A stretch of 63,602 nt of DNA, counting the filler, from Reclinomonas americana ATCC 50394 (taxonomy: Eukaryota): the NCBI GenBank assembly GCA_048213135.1. It is 18 parts of 18 records of this genome, joined end to end, with 100 filler letters (N's around TTAATTAATTAA, not from the genome) between each part and the next. Parts side by side here need not be neighbours in the genome. Positions count along the whole stretch, not along the records: positions 17,632 to 27,847 come from AFZH01022256.1; positions 27,948 to 29,685 come from AFZH01022258.1; positions 29,786 to 32,310 come from AFZH01022259.1; positions 32,411 to 38,631 come from AFZH01022260.1; positions 38,732 to 43,417 come from AFZH01022261.1; 13 more parts are not named here. One strand, written 5' to 3'. Under the pieces are notes generated by a model, which was not told the DNA's origin, ran no database searches, and saw only the letters and a list, made by a program, of their open reading frames with translations. How positions within the stretch are numbered: the stretch's first letter is position 1; each line of letters begins with the position of its first letter. The translations under genes were made by a program, and so were the position numbers. This document shows, piece after piece, positions 27,791-40,791 of the stretch.

Positions 27791-29293
27791 TTGCTCGCTC
27801 CGGATTGTCCTACCCGTTTCCCGTCCTTTTCTTCCTCCCCGTCCTTGNNNNNNNNNNNNNNNNNNNNNNNNNNNNNNNNNNNNNNNNNNNNTTAATTAAT
27901 TAANNNNNNNNNNNNNNNNNNNNNNNNNNNNNNNNNNNNNNNNNNNNCGCTCCGACTTGCCTACCGGGATCGAGAACGATCCACCGACCAGGCCACCCAT
28001 CCCCATCGGGAAACACGACACGCATGTGTCCACCCATGAGTAGATTGCCGAGCACGCGTCTGCAGTCTTCCATGACCACCAGCATCATCACTCGACAGAG
28101 ACGGCGGCAGCCAAGGTGCGCATATCATCGATCCGCTCCGACTTGCCAGCCGGGATTGAAAACGATCCACCGACCAGGCCATCCATCGCACATCACGTCA
28201 CGCACATCCACCCAGCCACGTTCTCCATAGCATGCGCAGCCTGCATAATTGAGGTGAGTGGGAGGGAGGGAGGAAAGAGAGATCACGAAGAACAAGGCCA
28301 CACACCTGCTTCGCGCATGGTGGGATGCGAGTGCGGAGCCGAGTGAGTGAGGTGACGGTCGACAACGGGCAATGCACATCACGCCTGTCATCGCCACGAC
28401 ATGCTTTCCATGGTCTCTGCATATCGGTGCGCAGTGAGCAAAAGGAATGGAGGAAGGAGAGAGAAATCTGCTGCTCTGTCTCACTGAGACACACACCGAT
28501 CAGCACCTGATACCAACACACGGTTGGTCAAGAGGCAAGCCAAGGGATGCTCACACAACCATCCTGCAAGGGAGAGAAGGAGCAGAGTCAGTATGCAGGT
28601 ATGCCACCTCACGCACTTCGGTGTCGGGAAGCTCACCATGATGGACAGGCAGGATGGCAATCGGAAAACGGTAAGCAGACCAGCATGCTCGGCCTCGAGC
28701 GCGTGCGGCAAGGAGGGGTGGATGGCTGAGGAATCAGATAAGCGCACAACGGAGGGAGACGGCGGAGAAAGAGAGAGATTCAGCACGGGACAGAGAAAAA
28801 GAGAGCGGAATGACATGCATTCTTCAGAGCCGGAAAGAGAATGTCCGCGACGCACAGCCACGATGGGAAGCAGATCTAGAGCAGTGATGCCAAAGTGGTG
28901 CACAAAAGAAGACGCGAGGAAATAGACAACGGTGACTCGCTCTCATGAGGCACGTACATCAGCGACGAAAGATGCACGCACAACAGACATCACAACGAGG
29001 GGAAAAGAAATCACAGACTCCCAAGCGATTTATCGAGTTTGCACACACAAATGGAGGTGAGAAAGAGGCAAGCATGCAGAGGAAGACGTGCTTCACTACC
29101 TCTCTCTCACTCACATGATAGGGCAACAAGCACAGAGAACAATTCTGCATTATCCACGTCGACTTCTCTCCTCTCGTCTGTCATCTCTCTTCCCCCACCT
29201 GCATCCCGCATGATCACCCACTCTCCCTCGCAGGCCACGAACAACAACTCACAGTCACCAGCAGCCAACTCTCACTCCCTCCGACTCACCCAC

Positions 29294-29963
29294 TCAGCAC
29301 CGGAAAAGAACGACCTCGGCATCCTCGACGATGAAACAGCGCAGAACCAGCTCGGGAAGGCATCGAGAATCTACTTCATCCTCCTGCATCTCCTGCACAG
29401 CCCCCATGGCCGAGCGCGCAGCGTCGAGTTCAAGGCGGGCGAGGCCACGCGGCGTCGACCACACTCGTACCGTCCCGTCAATGCCACCCGCACTCACAAT
29501 GTGCTGACCGTCGGGAGAGACGGCCACACACGACACCCATTCTGTGTGTCCCTTCAACCGTCGCACTTCCTCGCCACTTGCTAGAGACCACATCCGAATT
29601 GTGCCGTCTCCGCTCCCACCAACGATATGTTGGCCGTCGGGAGTGACGGTGACAGACCACACCGCACCAGTGCGTCCCTCCAATCNNNNNNNNNNNNNNN
29701 NNNNNNNNNNNNNNNNNNNNNNNNNNNNNTTAATTAATTAANNNNNNNNNNNNNNNNNNNNNNNNNNNNNNNNNNNNNNNNNNNNGACGGCGACGGACCG
29801 CACTGCAGCGGGACTCTGAATGATCTGTGCCGATCATTCGCGGTGAGACGCGCACACACATACAAGCACACAATCAACAACCACACACACGCACGAGCAC
29901 ACGAATGCACGCACAGACACAAACCACGCAAAAGTGCGCATACATTCACACCTTTGTTGTCAT
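29294..29963 (-). CDS. WD40 array copy 9 (middle lost in gap 29686-29785)
   Basis: Exon 1 at 29952-29963 (MTTK), exon 2 starts at 29824, last two blades and tail at 29294-29685. Confidence 0.75.
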
Positions 29964-31926
29964 TCTCCGTGTGTGTGTGTGTGATTGCTCGCTCGGGATT
30001 GTCACCGTCTCCCGCCTTTCTTCTCCCGCCTTGCTCTGAGACGTCGCCCATCCCTCGCCAGGCTGCAGCCAGCACCCCACACAGCATGCGATAGTGTGGC
30101 TTCTTTGATGCGTGTGGGCTTTTGAAGACCGACGTCGACATGGGACTTGTCGATGAGAAATAGGCAGAATGGACATGGTGGTGGTGGCTCGAGGTGGCGC
30201 TCCACTGCATCGCGCTGCTGTCCAGCAACACTCTCTTTCGACTGACCTGCATTATCTCTCAACGAGGACTGGCATATCGGGCTGCTTGAATGTGCAGCTC
30301 TGGCCCAGCTGAGTTGCTGCCACGGCACGCCCGAGAATCCAATGAGCACCGAGTCATCGACTCCTTGGATCGGTCCACCGCGAGGTTGAGGTGAGACAAT
30401 GAAGAAAAGGAGCCACAAGGGATATGAGAGGAGCGACCAGCACAGCCGCTCAGCGATGGAAGAGGCAGCTGTGTTGTTCGCCTCCTCTCACCCGGTCACA
30501 ATCGATACCTCGCGCCTTCAAGCACACTCACAGTCGGTCGGTGCATTGTCTCATGCATGCACTGTGTGGCACGGAACCACGTGTCTTCGCATGCCAGTGA
30601 CGAGTCACTTGCCAGCACGCCTGTCACACCGAACTGAGTCAGTCAATCTCCAAGTCTAACCAACTTACTCCTCAACGCAGATGTAGAACACGTGCGCACC
30701 AGGCACGCGCGCGTCTGCAGTCTCCCATGGCCATCACCATCATTACTTGGCGGCGACAGCAGCAACCAAGAAGCGCACATCATCGATCCGCTCCGACTTC
30801 CAAGCCGGGATTGAAATCGATCCACCGACCAGGCCATCCATCGCACATCACGACACGCAGGTGTACACCCACCACGCCACGCCCTCCATGGCATGCACAA
30901 CCTGCATGAATGAGGTGAGTGGGAGGGAAAGAGTAAAGTGAGATCACGAAGAACAGGGCCACACAACTGCTGAGTGCATGGTGGGATGCGGTGGGGAGCC
31001 GAGTGAGTGAGGTGACGGTCGACAACGGGTAAAGCACATCACGCCTGTCATCGCCACGACATGCTTTCCAAGGCGTCTGCATGCCGGTGTGCTGTGAGCA
31101 AAGAATGGAGGAAAGAGAGAGAAATCTGCTCTGTCTCACTGACAAACACACCGATCAGCTGATACCAACGCGCGTTTGTCAAGAGGCAAGCCAAGGGACG
31201 CTCACACAACCATCCTGCAAGGGAGAGAAGGAGCAGAGTCAGTATGCAGTCATGTCACCTCACACACTTCGGTGCCGGGAAGCTCACCATGATGGACTGG
31301 CAGGATGGCAGTCGGCGAATCACGAGCTCGAGCCGACCGGCACGCTCGGCCTCTAGCGAGTGCGGAAAAGAGGGGTGGATGGCAGGGGAAGCAGATGAGC
31401 GCACAAAGGAGAAAGACGGTTAGGAAAGAGATGGGAGAGACTCTGTAAGGGACAGAGAGAGAGAGAGAGCGGAATGACATGCATCCTGCAGAGCCGAAAG
31501 GAGAATGTCTACGGCGCACATGCACAATGTGAAACAGGGCAGTGGCACCTAGGTGGTGCGCAAACGAGACGCGAGGGAACACTCTCCTGAGACATACATG
31601 GGCGACTAAAGATGCACACACAACAGACTTCACAACAAGACAACAAACGCAAGAGACTCCCAAGTGATTCATCGCGCTGGCACACAAAATGGAGGTGAGA
31701 AAGAGACACACACAGAGGGAGACATGCTTCACGCCCGCACAATCACATTCACGTGAAAGGGCAGCAAGCACGGGAGAACAATTCTTCATCAACGAACTCT
31801 CCCCTCCTCTGTCATCCTCTCTTCCCCAACCTGCACCCCGCATAACCACCATTCTCCTTCGCAAGACACGAATTGCAACTCACAATCACCAGCAGCCACC
31901 GCTCTCCCTCCCTTCGACTCACCTTC

Positions 31927-32748
31927 TCAGCACCGAAAAAGGACAACCTCGGCATCTTCGACGATGAAACAGCGCAGAACCAGCTCGGGAAGGCATCGAG
32001 AATCTACTTCCTCCTCTTGCATCTCCTGCACAGTGCGCATGGCCGAGCGCGCAGCGTCGAGTTCAAGGCGAGCAAGGCCGCGCGGCGTGGACCACACTCG
32101 TATCGTCCCGTCAATGCCACCCGCACTCACAATGCGTTCACCGACACCCATCCAGTGTGTCCCTCTAACCGTCGCACTTCCTCGCCGCTCGCCAGCGACC
32201 ACACCCGCACAGTGCTGTCCCCACTCCCACTAATGATGTGCTGGCCATCGGGAGTAACAGCGACAGACGACACCCATGCAGTGTGTCCCTCCAGTCGGCG
32301 AACCTCTTCTNNNNNNNNNNNNNNNNNNNNNNNNNNNNNNNNNNNNNNNNNNNNTTAATTAATTAANNNNNNNNNNNNNNNNNNNNNNNNNNNNNNNNNN
32401 NNNNNNNNNNTCCCACTGACGATGTGTTGGCCATCGGGGGTGACGGCGACAGTGTACACCCCGCCAGCGTGTCCCTCAAACCTTCGCACCTCCTTGCCAC
32501 TCGCCAGAGACCACACTCTCACTGTGCAGTCCCAGCTCCCGCTAACAATGTGCTTGCCGTCGGGAGTGACGGCGACGGACCTCACTGAGGAAGGGAGACT
32601 CTGAATGATCTGTGGCGATCATTCGCGGTGAGACGTACACACACAAACATACACACAAACAACAACCACACACATGCACAAGCACACAAATGCACGCACA
32701 GACACCAACCACGCAATAGTGCGCACACATTCACACCTTTGTTGCCAT
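31927..32748 (-). pseudogene. WD40 array copy 10, frameshifted by a ~22-nt deletion in blade 7 (also gapped)
   Basis: Exon 1 at 32737-32748 (MATK). At ~32140 the sequence reads AATGCGTTCAC-CGACACCCA, versus AATGCGTTCATTGTCAGGAGAGACGGCCACACACGACACCCA in copy 1. Confidence 0.7.
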
Positions 32749-34800
32749 TCTCCCTGTGTTGTATTGTGTGTGATTGCTCGCTCACGATTGTCACCGTTTC
32801 CCGCCTTTCTTCTCCCGCCTTGCTCCGAGACGTCGTCCATCCCTCGCCAGGCTACAGCCAGCACCCCACACAGCATGCGGTAGTGTGTGAACGATGTGGC
32901 TCCGATGATGCGTGCGGGCTTTCGAAGACCGTGGGACTCGTCGATGAGAAATCGACAGAATGGACAAGCAGGGTGGTGATGGCGGTACAAGGTTAGCGCT
33001 CCATTGCATCGAGACCGGCCAGCATTCTCTGCCAACGAGGACTGGATTGTCGGGCTGCTTGGCTATGTAGCTGTGGTCCAGCTGTGCTGATGCCACGGCA
33101 CACTCGAGAATCCAATGAGCAGCGGGTCATCGACACCTCACCTCCTTGGCTCGGCCCACAGCGAGGTTGAGGTGAGACAATGAAGAAAAGGAGCCACAAG
33201 GGATATGAGAGGAGCGACCAGCACATCAGCACAGCGATGGAAGAGGCAGCTGTGTTGTGTGACTCGCCTCCTTCTCACCCAGTCGCAATCAATGCCTCGT
33301 GCGTGCCTTCAATCACACTCACAGTCGGTCGGTGAATCGTCTCATGCATGTACTGTAAGGCACGGAACCACGTGTCTTCGTATGCCAGTCACTTGCCAGC
33401 ACGCCTGTGTTCATGGCACACACCGAACTGAGTCAGTCAATCTCCATGTCTCATCAACTTGCTCGACCTCGTCAACGCAGAAGCAGAACACGCACGCACC
33501 TTGTGTTGCTGGCCAAGCTTGTGCCTGCACTCTCCAACGGTCACCACCGTGATCACCCGGCAGTGACGGCGGCAACCAAGGTGCGCACATCATCGATCTG
33601 CTCCGACTTGCCAGCCGGGATTGAAAACGATCCACCGACCAGGCCACCCATCGCACATCACGACACACATGTGTACATCCACCCAGCCACGCTCTCCATG
33701 ACCTACACGACCTGCATGAATGAGGTGAGTGGGAGGGAAGGAGGAGAGATAAATCACGACGAACAAGGCCACACACGTGCACCTGCTGAGTTCACGGTGG
33801 GATGCGAGTGGGCAGCCGAGTGAGTGGGGTGACAGCCGGCAACGGGCGATGCATAGCACGCCTGTCATCGTCACAGCCGACGGCAAGCACGTGCTTCCAA
33901 GGCGTCTGCATGTCGGCACACTGTGGGCAAAGGAATGGAAGAAGAGGAGAGAAATCTTCTCCGTCTCCATGACAAATACACCGATCAGCACCTGATACCA
34001 ACACGGGGTTTTGTCAAGAGACAAGCCGAGGGACGGTTCTGCACACACAACCATCCTGCAAAGGAGAGGGAGAGCAGAGTCAGCATGCAGGTATGCCACC
34101 TCACACACTTCGGCATCGGGATGCTCACCATATGCATGATGGACTGGCAGGACGGCAGTCGGTGCATCTTGAGCAGACCAGAATGCTCGGCCTCAAGCGT
34201 GTGCGGCAAGGAGGGGTGGATGACTGGGGAAGCAGATAAGCGCACAAAGGAGGGAGACGGTGGAGAAAGAGAGAAACTCTGCAAGGGACATGAAAGAGGG
34301 AGAGCGGAATGACAGGCATTCTTCGCAGTCGGAAGGAGAATGTCCGCGGCGCACAGGCACAATGGGAAGCAGAGTATAGAGGTGCCAAAGAGGTGCGAAA
34401 AACAAGACGCGAGGGAATAGACAACGACGACTTGCTCTCCTGAGGCACATACATGCACGGCTGAAGATGCACGCACAACAAATGTCACAACGATACAAAT
34501 TGACACACCAGATTTCCAAGCAATCCATCTCGCTCGCACACACAAATAGAGGTGAGAAAGAGACACGCCAACAGAGGGAGACATGTTCCACGCCCACCCA
34601 CTCTCATTCACATGACGGGGCAATAAGCACGCGAGAAGAATTCACCACCATCAACAGCCATCTCTCGCTCGCGATCTCCCTCCTCTGTCATCCTCTCTTC
34701 CCCCACCTGCATCCCGCGTGATCACCTACTCTCCCTCGCAAGACACGAAAAACAACTCACAATCACCAGCAGCCACCTTCCCTCCCTTCGACTCACCGAC

Positions 34801-35970
34801 TCAGCACCGGAAAAGGACGACCTCGGCATCCTCAACGATGAAACAGCGCAGAATCAGCTCGGGAAGACACCGTGAATCCCGTTCCTCCTCGGTGGCCCTC
34901 TCCTCCTCCTGCATCTCCTGCACAGCTCGCATGGCCGAGCGCGCGGCGTCGAGTTCGAAGCCAGCAAGGCCACGCGGAGACGACCGCACTCGCACGGTTT
35001 TGTCCTTGCCACCCGCACTCACAATATGCTGACCATCGGGAGAGACGGCCACAGACGACACCCATCCGTCATGTCCCTCCAACCATCGCTCTTCCTCGCC
35101 ACTTGCCAGAGACCACATCCGAATTGTGCCGTCTCCGCTCCCACTCACGACATGCTGGCCATCGGGAGTGATGGTGACAGACGACACCCAGTCAGTTTGT
35201 CCATCAAGCCGTCGCATTTCCTCCCCACTTACCAGTGACAATACCCACACGTCGCTGTCGCCACCCCCACTCACAATGTGCTCACTATCAGGGGTGACGG
35301 CGACAGACCACACATATTCCTTGTATCCTTCTAGTCGTCGCACCTCCTCCCCGCTCGCCAGCAACCACACCCGCACTGTGTTGTCTTCACCACCGCTGAC
35401 AATGTGGTGACCATCAGAAGTGACGGCGACAGACCGCACCGAAATAGCGTGCCCCTCTAACCGTCGCACCTCTTCCCCGCTCGCCAGAGACCACACTCTC
35501 ACTGTGTTATCGAAACTGCCACTCACGATGTGTTGACAATCGGGGGTGGCGGAGACACAATATACCCATCCAGTGTGTCCCACCAGCCGTCGCACCTCTT
35601 CCCCACTCGCCAGCGACCACACACGTACTGCGTTGTCTCCACCGCCACTGACAACGTGCCGGCCATCAGGAGTGACGGCAACAGAAAACACCACATCAGT
35701 GTGTCCCACCAGCCGTCGCACCTCTTTTCCACTCGCCAGTGACCACACTCGGACGGTTCTGTCCATGCATCCACCAACAATGTGCTTCCCATCGGGAGTG
35801 ACGGCAATGGACCGCGCCGCAGAAGCGAGACTCTGAATGATCTGTGCCGACGATTCGCGGTGAGGCGCACGCAGCAGCAATCAAAGACAAACATAACAAC
35901 ACAAAGAACAACAACTGCACACATGCACAAGCACACAAAAGTTCGCACAAATTCACACCTTTGTTGTCAT
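34801..35970 (-). CDS. WD40 array copy 11
   Basis: Exon 1 at 35959-35970 (MTTK), exon 2 at 34801-35841. The tail has an in-frame duplication, EEERATEEER. Confidence 0.9.
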
Positions 35971-37250
35971 TCTCCGTGTGTGCGTGTGTGTGTGTGTGTG
36001 TGTGTTTGCTCGCTCCGGATTGTCACCGTTTCCCGCCTTTCTTCTCCCGCCTTGCTCTGAGACGTCGTCCATCCCTCGCCAGGCTGCAGCCAGCACCCCA
36101 CACAACATACAGCAGTATGAGAGCAATGTGGCTTCTTTGATGCGTATGGGCTTTCAAAGACCGACATGGGACACGTCGGTGCGAAAAATCGGCATGCGCA
36201 GCATGGACATACTGGCGACACAAGGTGGCGCTCCACTGCATCGCGCTGCTGTCCAGCGACACTCTCTTTCGACTGACCTGCATTATCTCTCAACGAGGAC
36301 TGGCATGTCGGGCTGCTTGGATACGCAGTTGTGGCCCTGCACCCGAGAATCCACTGAGCATCGAGTCTTCGAAACCTCACACCTCCTTGGATCGACCCAC
36401 AGCGAGGTTGATGAGGGCACGATGATGGCACAAGGAATAGGGGAGGAGCGAACAGCACAGCAGCTCAGCAATGGAAGAGGTAGCTGTGTTGTGAGGCTCG
36501 CCTCCTCTCACCTAACTCACAATCAATGAATCGTGCCTTCAATCACACTCACAGTCTGTCGGTGAATCGTGTCGCGTACGTACTGTGAAGCACGACACCA
36601 CGTGTCTTCGCATGCCAGAGACGAGTCACTTGCCAGCACGCCTGTCGCACAGAATTGAGTTAGTCAATCTCCAAGTCTCACCAACTTGCTCGTCAACGCA
36701 GATGCAGAACACGCACGCACCATGTGTTACTGGCCCAGCACGCGTCTGCAGTCTTCCATGACCACCAGCATCATCACTCGACAGAGACGGCGGCAGCCAA
36801 GGTGCACACACCATCGATCCGCGCAGACCTGCCAGCCGGGATTGAAAACGATCCACCGACCAGGCTATCCATCGCACATCCACCCAGCCACGCTCTCCAT
36901 GACGTGCACGGCCTGCATAATTGAGGTGAGTGGGAGAGAAAGAGGAAAGAAAGATCACGAAGAACAGGGCCACACAACTGCTGAGTTCACGGTGGGATGC
37001 GAGTGGGGGAGCCGAGTGAGTGAGGCAACAGGCAACGGGCAATGCACTGCACGTCTGCAATCGTCATGGAACAACAACGACGAGCACGTGCCTTCAAGGC
37101 GTCCGCATGTCGGTGCGCAGTGAGCAAAGGAATGGAGGTTGGAGAGAGACACCTGCTCTGTCTCACTGACAAACACACCGATCAGCACCTGATGCCAACA
37201 CGCATTTGGTCAAGAGGCAAGCGAGGAACGTTTCTGCATCCAGACGTCCA

Positions 37251-37254
<4 letters not shown>

Positions 37255-37294
<40 letters not shown>
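37255..37294. repeat. (AG)20 microsatellite in spacer
   Basis: Perfect run. A shorter run lies at the homologous site near 10250-10277. Confidence 0.9.
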
Positions 37295-37295
<1 letters not shown>

Positions 37296-38017
37296 AGACT
37301 CAGCAGGCAGTCATGCCACCCCACACACTTCGGTGTCGGGATGCTCACCATAATGAACTGGTAGGATGGCAATCGGTGCATCATGAGCAGACCAGCATGC
37401 TCGGCCTCGAGCGTGTGCGGCAAGGAGGGGTGGATGACTGGGGAAGCAGATGAGCACACAGAGGAGAAAGACGGCGGAGAAAGAGAGAGAAAGAGAGAGA
37501 CTTTACAAGGGACAGAGAAGGAGGGCTCGAGAGCGGAATGACATGCATCCTGCAGAGCCGGAAAGAGAATGTCCGCGGCGCACAGGCACAATGAGAGGAA
37601 GAAAAGTGGCACCAAGGAGGTGCGCAAAGCAAGACGCGAAGAAACAATCATCGGTGATTCGCTCTCCTGAGGCACTCACATGGGCGACGAAAGATGCACG
37701 CTCAACAAACATCACAAAGAGACGAAAAAGACACAACAGACTACCAAGTGATTCATCGCGCTCGCACACACAAACTGAGGTGAGAAGGAAACAAGCACAC
37801 ACACGGAGAGAGACATGCTTCACGACCTCTCACTCACATTCACGTGACAGGGAAACCGACGGGGGAGCTCCTCGTAAACAACAATCTCTGCCTTCCTCTG
37901 TCATCCTCTCTTCCCCCACCTGCATCCCGCATGATCACCCACTCTCCCTCGCAAGACACGGAAAACAACTCACAATCATGAGTAGCCAGCCACCTTCCCT
38001 CCCTTCGACTCACCAGC

Positions 38018-38771
38018 TCAGCACCGAATGAAGACGACCTCGGCATCCTCGACGATAAAGCAGCGCAGAACCAGCTCGGGAAGGCATCTTGAATCTTCCT
38101 CTTCCTCCTGCATCTCTTGCACGGCCTGCATGGCCGAGCGCGCGGCGTCGAGCTCGAGGCGAGCAAGGCCACGCGGAGTGGACCACACTCGCACGGTCTT
38201 GTCCTTGCCACCCGCACTCACAATGTGATGACCATCGGGAGAGACGGCCACGGACGACACCCATCCGTCATGTCCCTCCAACCGTTGCACTTCCTCTCCA
38301 CTCGCCAGAGACCACACCCGAATGGTGCAGTCCCCACTCCCACTCACAATATGCTGACCGTCGGGAGAGACGGCGATCGATTGTACAAATGCAGTGTGTC
38401 CCTCCAACCGTCTCACCTCCTCCCCGCTCGTAACTGACCACACCCGCACGGTGCAGTCCCCGCTCCCACTCACGATGCGCTGTCCATCAGGAGTGACGGC
38501 GACAGCGTATACCCATCCAGCGTGTCCCTCCAACCGTCGCACCTCCTCCCCGCTCGCCAGTGACCACAACCGCATTATGTTGTCTCCACCGCCACTGACA
38601 ATGTGCTGACCATCTGGGGTGACGGCGACTGNNNNNNNNNNNNNNNNNNNNNNNNNNNNNNNNNNNNNNNNNNNNTTAATTAATTAANNNNNNNNNNNNN
38701 NNNNNNNNNNNNNNNNNNNNNNNNNNNNNNNAACCACGCAAGTAGCGCACATTCTACACCTTTGTTGTCAT
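38018..38771 (-). CDS. WD40 array copy 12 (gap 38632-38731, atypical upstream region)
   Basis: C-terminal blades and tail at 38018-38631, MTTK micro-exon at 38760-38771. Confidence 0.75.
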
Positions 38772-39655
38772 TCCCGTGTATGTGTGTGAGAGAGAAAGAG
38801 GGTGTGTGCGTGCGTGCGTGCGTGCGTGCGTGTGTGTGTGTGTGTGTGTGTGTGAAGCACTCTGATTCATCCGACGGAACATCAACAACATCCTCTTTCT
38901 CTCTCGCGCGCGTGCGTGCGCCTCGCGGTGCTGTCTGTGTCTCAGTGCCTCCTCTCTCTCTCTCTCCACGTCCTCGGCGTGGTGCTCCATTCAGCGATGT
39001 GAGTGAGATGTTGTGGCATTGAATGTGTATGCATGCATGCCGAGCCTGTTCAACACGACGCGACATGAGCATCAACTCCTCCGAGCCATGCACGTGAGTG
39101 GGGTGGAGAGCAACAGCACACGATTCTGAAAGAGAGTCACGAGGCAATTCAACTCGTGAGTGGGGTGCATCACACCGGATACATGTACACATGCAGTGCA
39201 GGGCAAGTGCACTCCCTCTCTCCTCGTGGCGTGCGCGGAGAAGGGTGGCCATCTGAATCGATGCTTGGTGAGCTCTCCATGTTCATGCGGTGCCAGTGTG
39301 CGATGGGGAGACGCGTCAATGATGCCATTGGCCGCTGCTTTGATAGGCGACAGGCTGGCATCCGCTCCATTAGAATGACAGGGACGAACAAACACATGTC
39401 GTGTGGTGGGTTAGTGAGGGAGGACTCGCTCAATGCCGAGCAGCGCGTGTTAGTACACATCTCAACCACCCACTCACACCTCGTTCTCGGAATACTCTTG
39501 TTGCAATCCCACGGCACAGAGCTGTGTCTGCTTTCCGGCTTCCTCCACTTGGGAGGGCAACAAGGAAGCACGTTGGTACGTATGAGGCGGTGCGGCAGTC
39601 AACAAGACAGAGTTACGCGCAGTGACAGCAATCGGTCTTCGTATATTCATTCACG

Positions 39656-40791
39656 TCACTCCGTCCAGCACCATCCAGGCGCACGGCGTTCAATCACCGC
39701 TGCATCTTCCAGCGCAAAACACCGCAGCACAACGTCGACCAGGATCCAATCGCGGTCATCTTCTTCGGCAAGCAGCTCGTTGACGGTCACCACCGCCTGT
39801 CGGGCGGCCGCAACCTCGTGCCGCGCCAGCCCGCGCGGCGTGGACCACACTCGGATCGTCTCGTCTCCGCACCCACTTACAATGTGCTGGCCATCGGGGG
39901 ACACGGCCACAGACGACACAAACCCAGTGTGTCCCTCGAAGCGTCTGACTTCTTGCCCACTTGCCAGCGACCACACACGGATCGTCCTGTCGTCACTCCC
40001 GCTCACAACGTGCTGACCATCGGGAGTGACGGCGAGAGACCACACCGCACCAGTGTGTCCCCCCAGCCGTAGTACTTCCTCCCCACTCGCCAGTGACCAC
40101 ATTCGTACCGTACGGTCATCGCCCCCGCTCACAATGTACTTGCCATCGGGAGTGACGGCGACAGACCACACTTTTTCAGCGTGCCTTTTCAGTCGCCACA
40201 CTTCTTCTCCAGTCCCCAGCGACCACACCCGTACAGTGCTGTCCCAGCTACCACTGACAATGTGCTGCCCATCCAGCGTGCTGGCGACAGAGAGCACCAT
40301 GCCAGCTGCGGGGTGCCCGTCCAACCGTTGCACTTCCTCCCCACTCGCCAGTGACCACACTCGAACTGTCTTGTCCAAGCTGCCACTCACAATACGCTGA
40401 CCATCGGGAATGACGGCGACACACATCACTCTTTCAGTGTGCCCCTCCAACCGCCGCACCTCTTCTCCACTCGCCAGTGACCACACCCGCACAGTCTTGT
40501 CGTGGCTGCCACTCACAATGTACTGGCCGTCGGGAGCGACAGCGACTGAAAACACCAAATCAGTGTGTCCCACCAGTTGTCGCACTTCTTCCCCACTCGC
40601 CAGTGACCACACTCGCAGCGTCTTGTCAAGGCCTGCACTCACGATGAAATGACCATCGGGAGTGATGGCGACACCTCGCACCGTGTCTATGTGACCTCGC
40701 AAGACCTGTGTTGACCAGTCATGGTGAGATGAACACAAAGAGAGAGAGCAACAGTCAAACACACGAATCCCTCACGCACCTTGGTCGCCAT
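39656..40791 (-). CDS. Divergent WD40 array copy 13
   Basis: Exon 1 at 40780-40791 (MATK), 74-nt intron, exon 2 at 39656-40705 starting VLRGHIDTV. Divergent tail RGLARHEVAAARQAV..ILVDVVLRCFALEDAAVIERRAPGWCWTE*. Confidence 0.88.
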
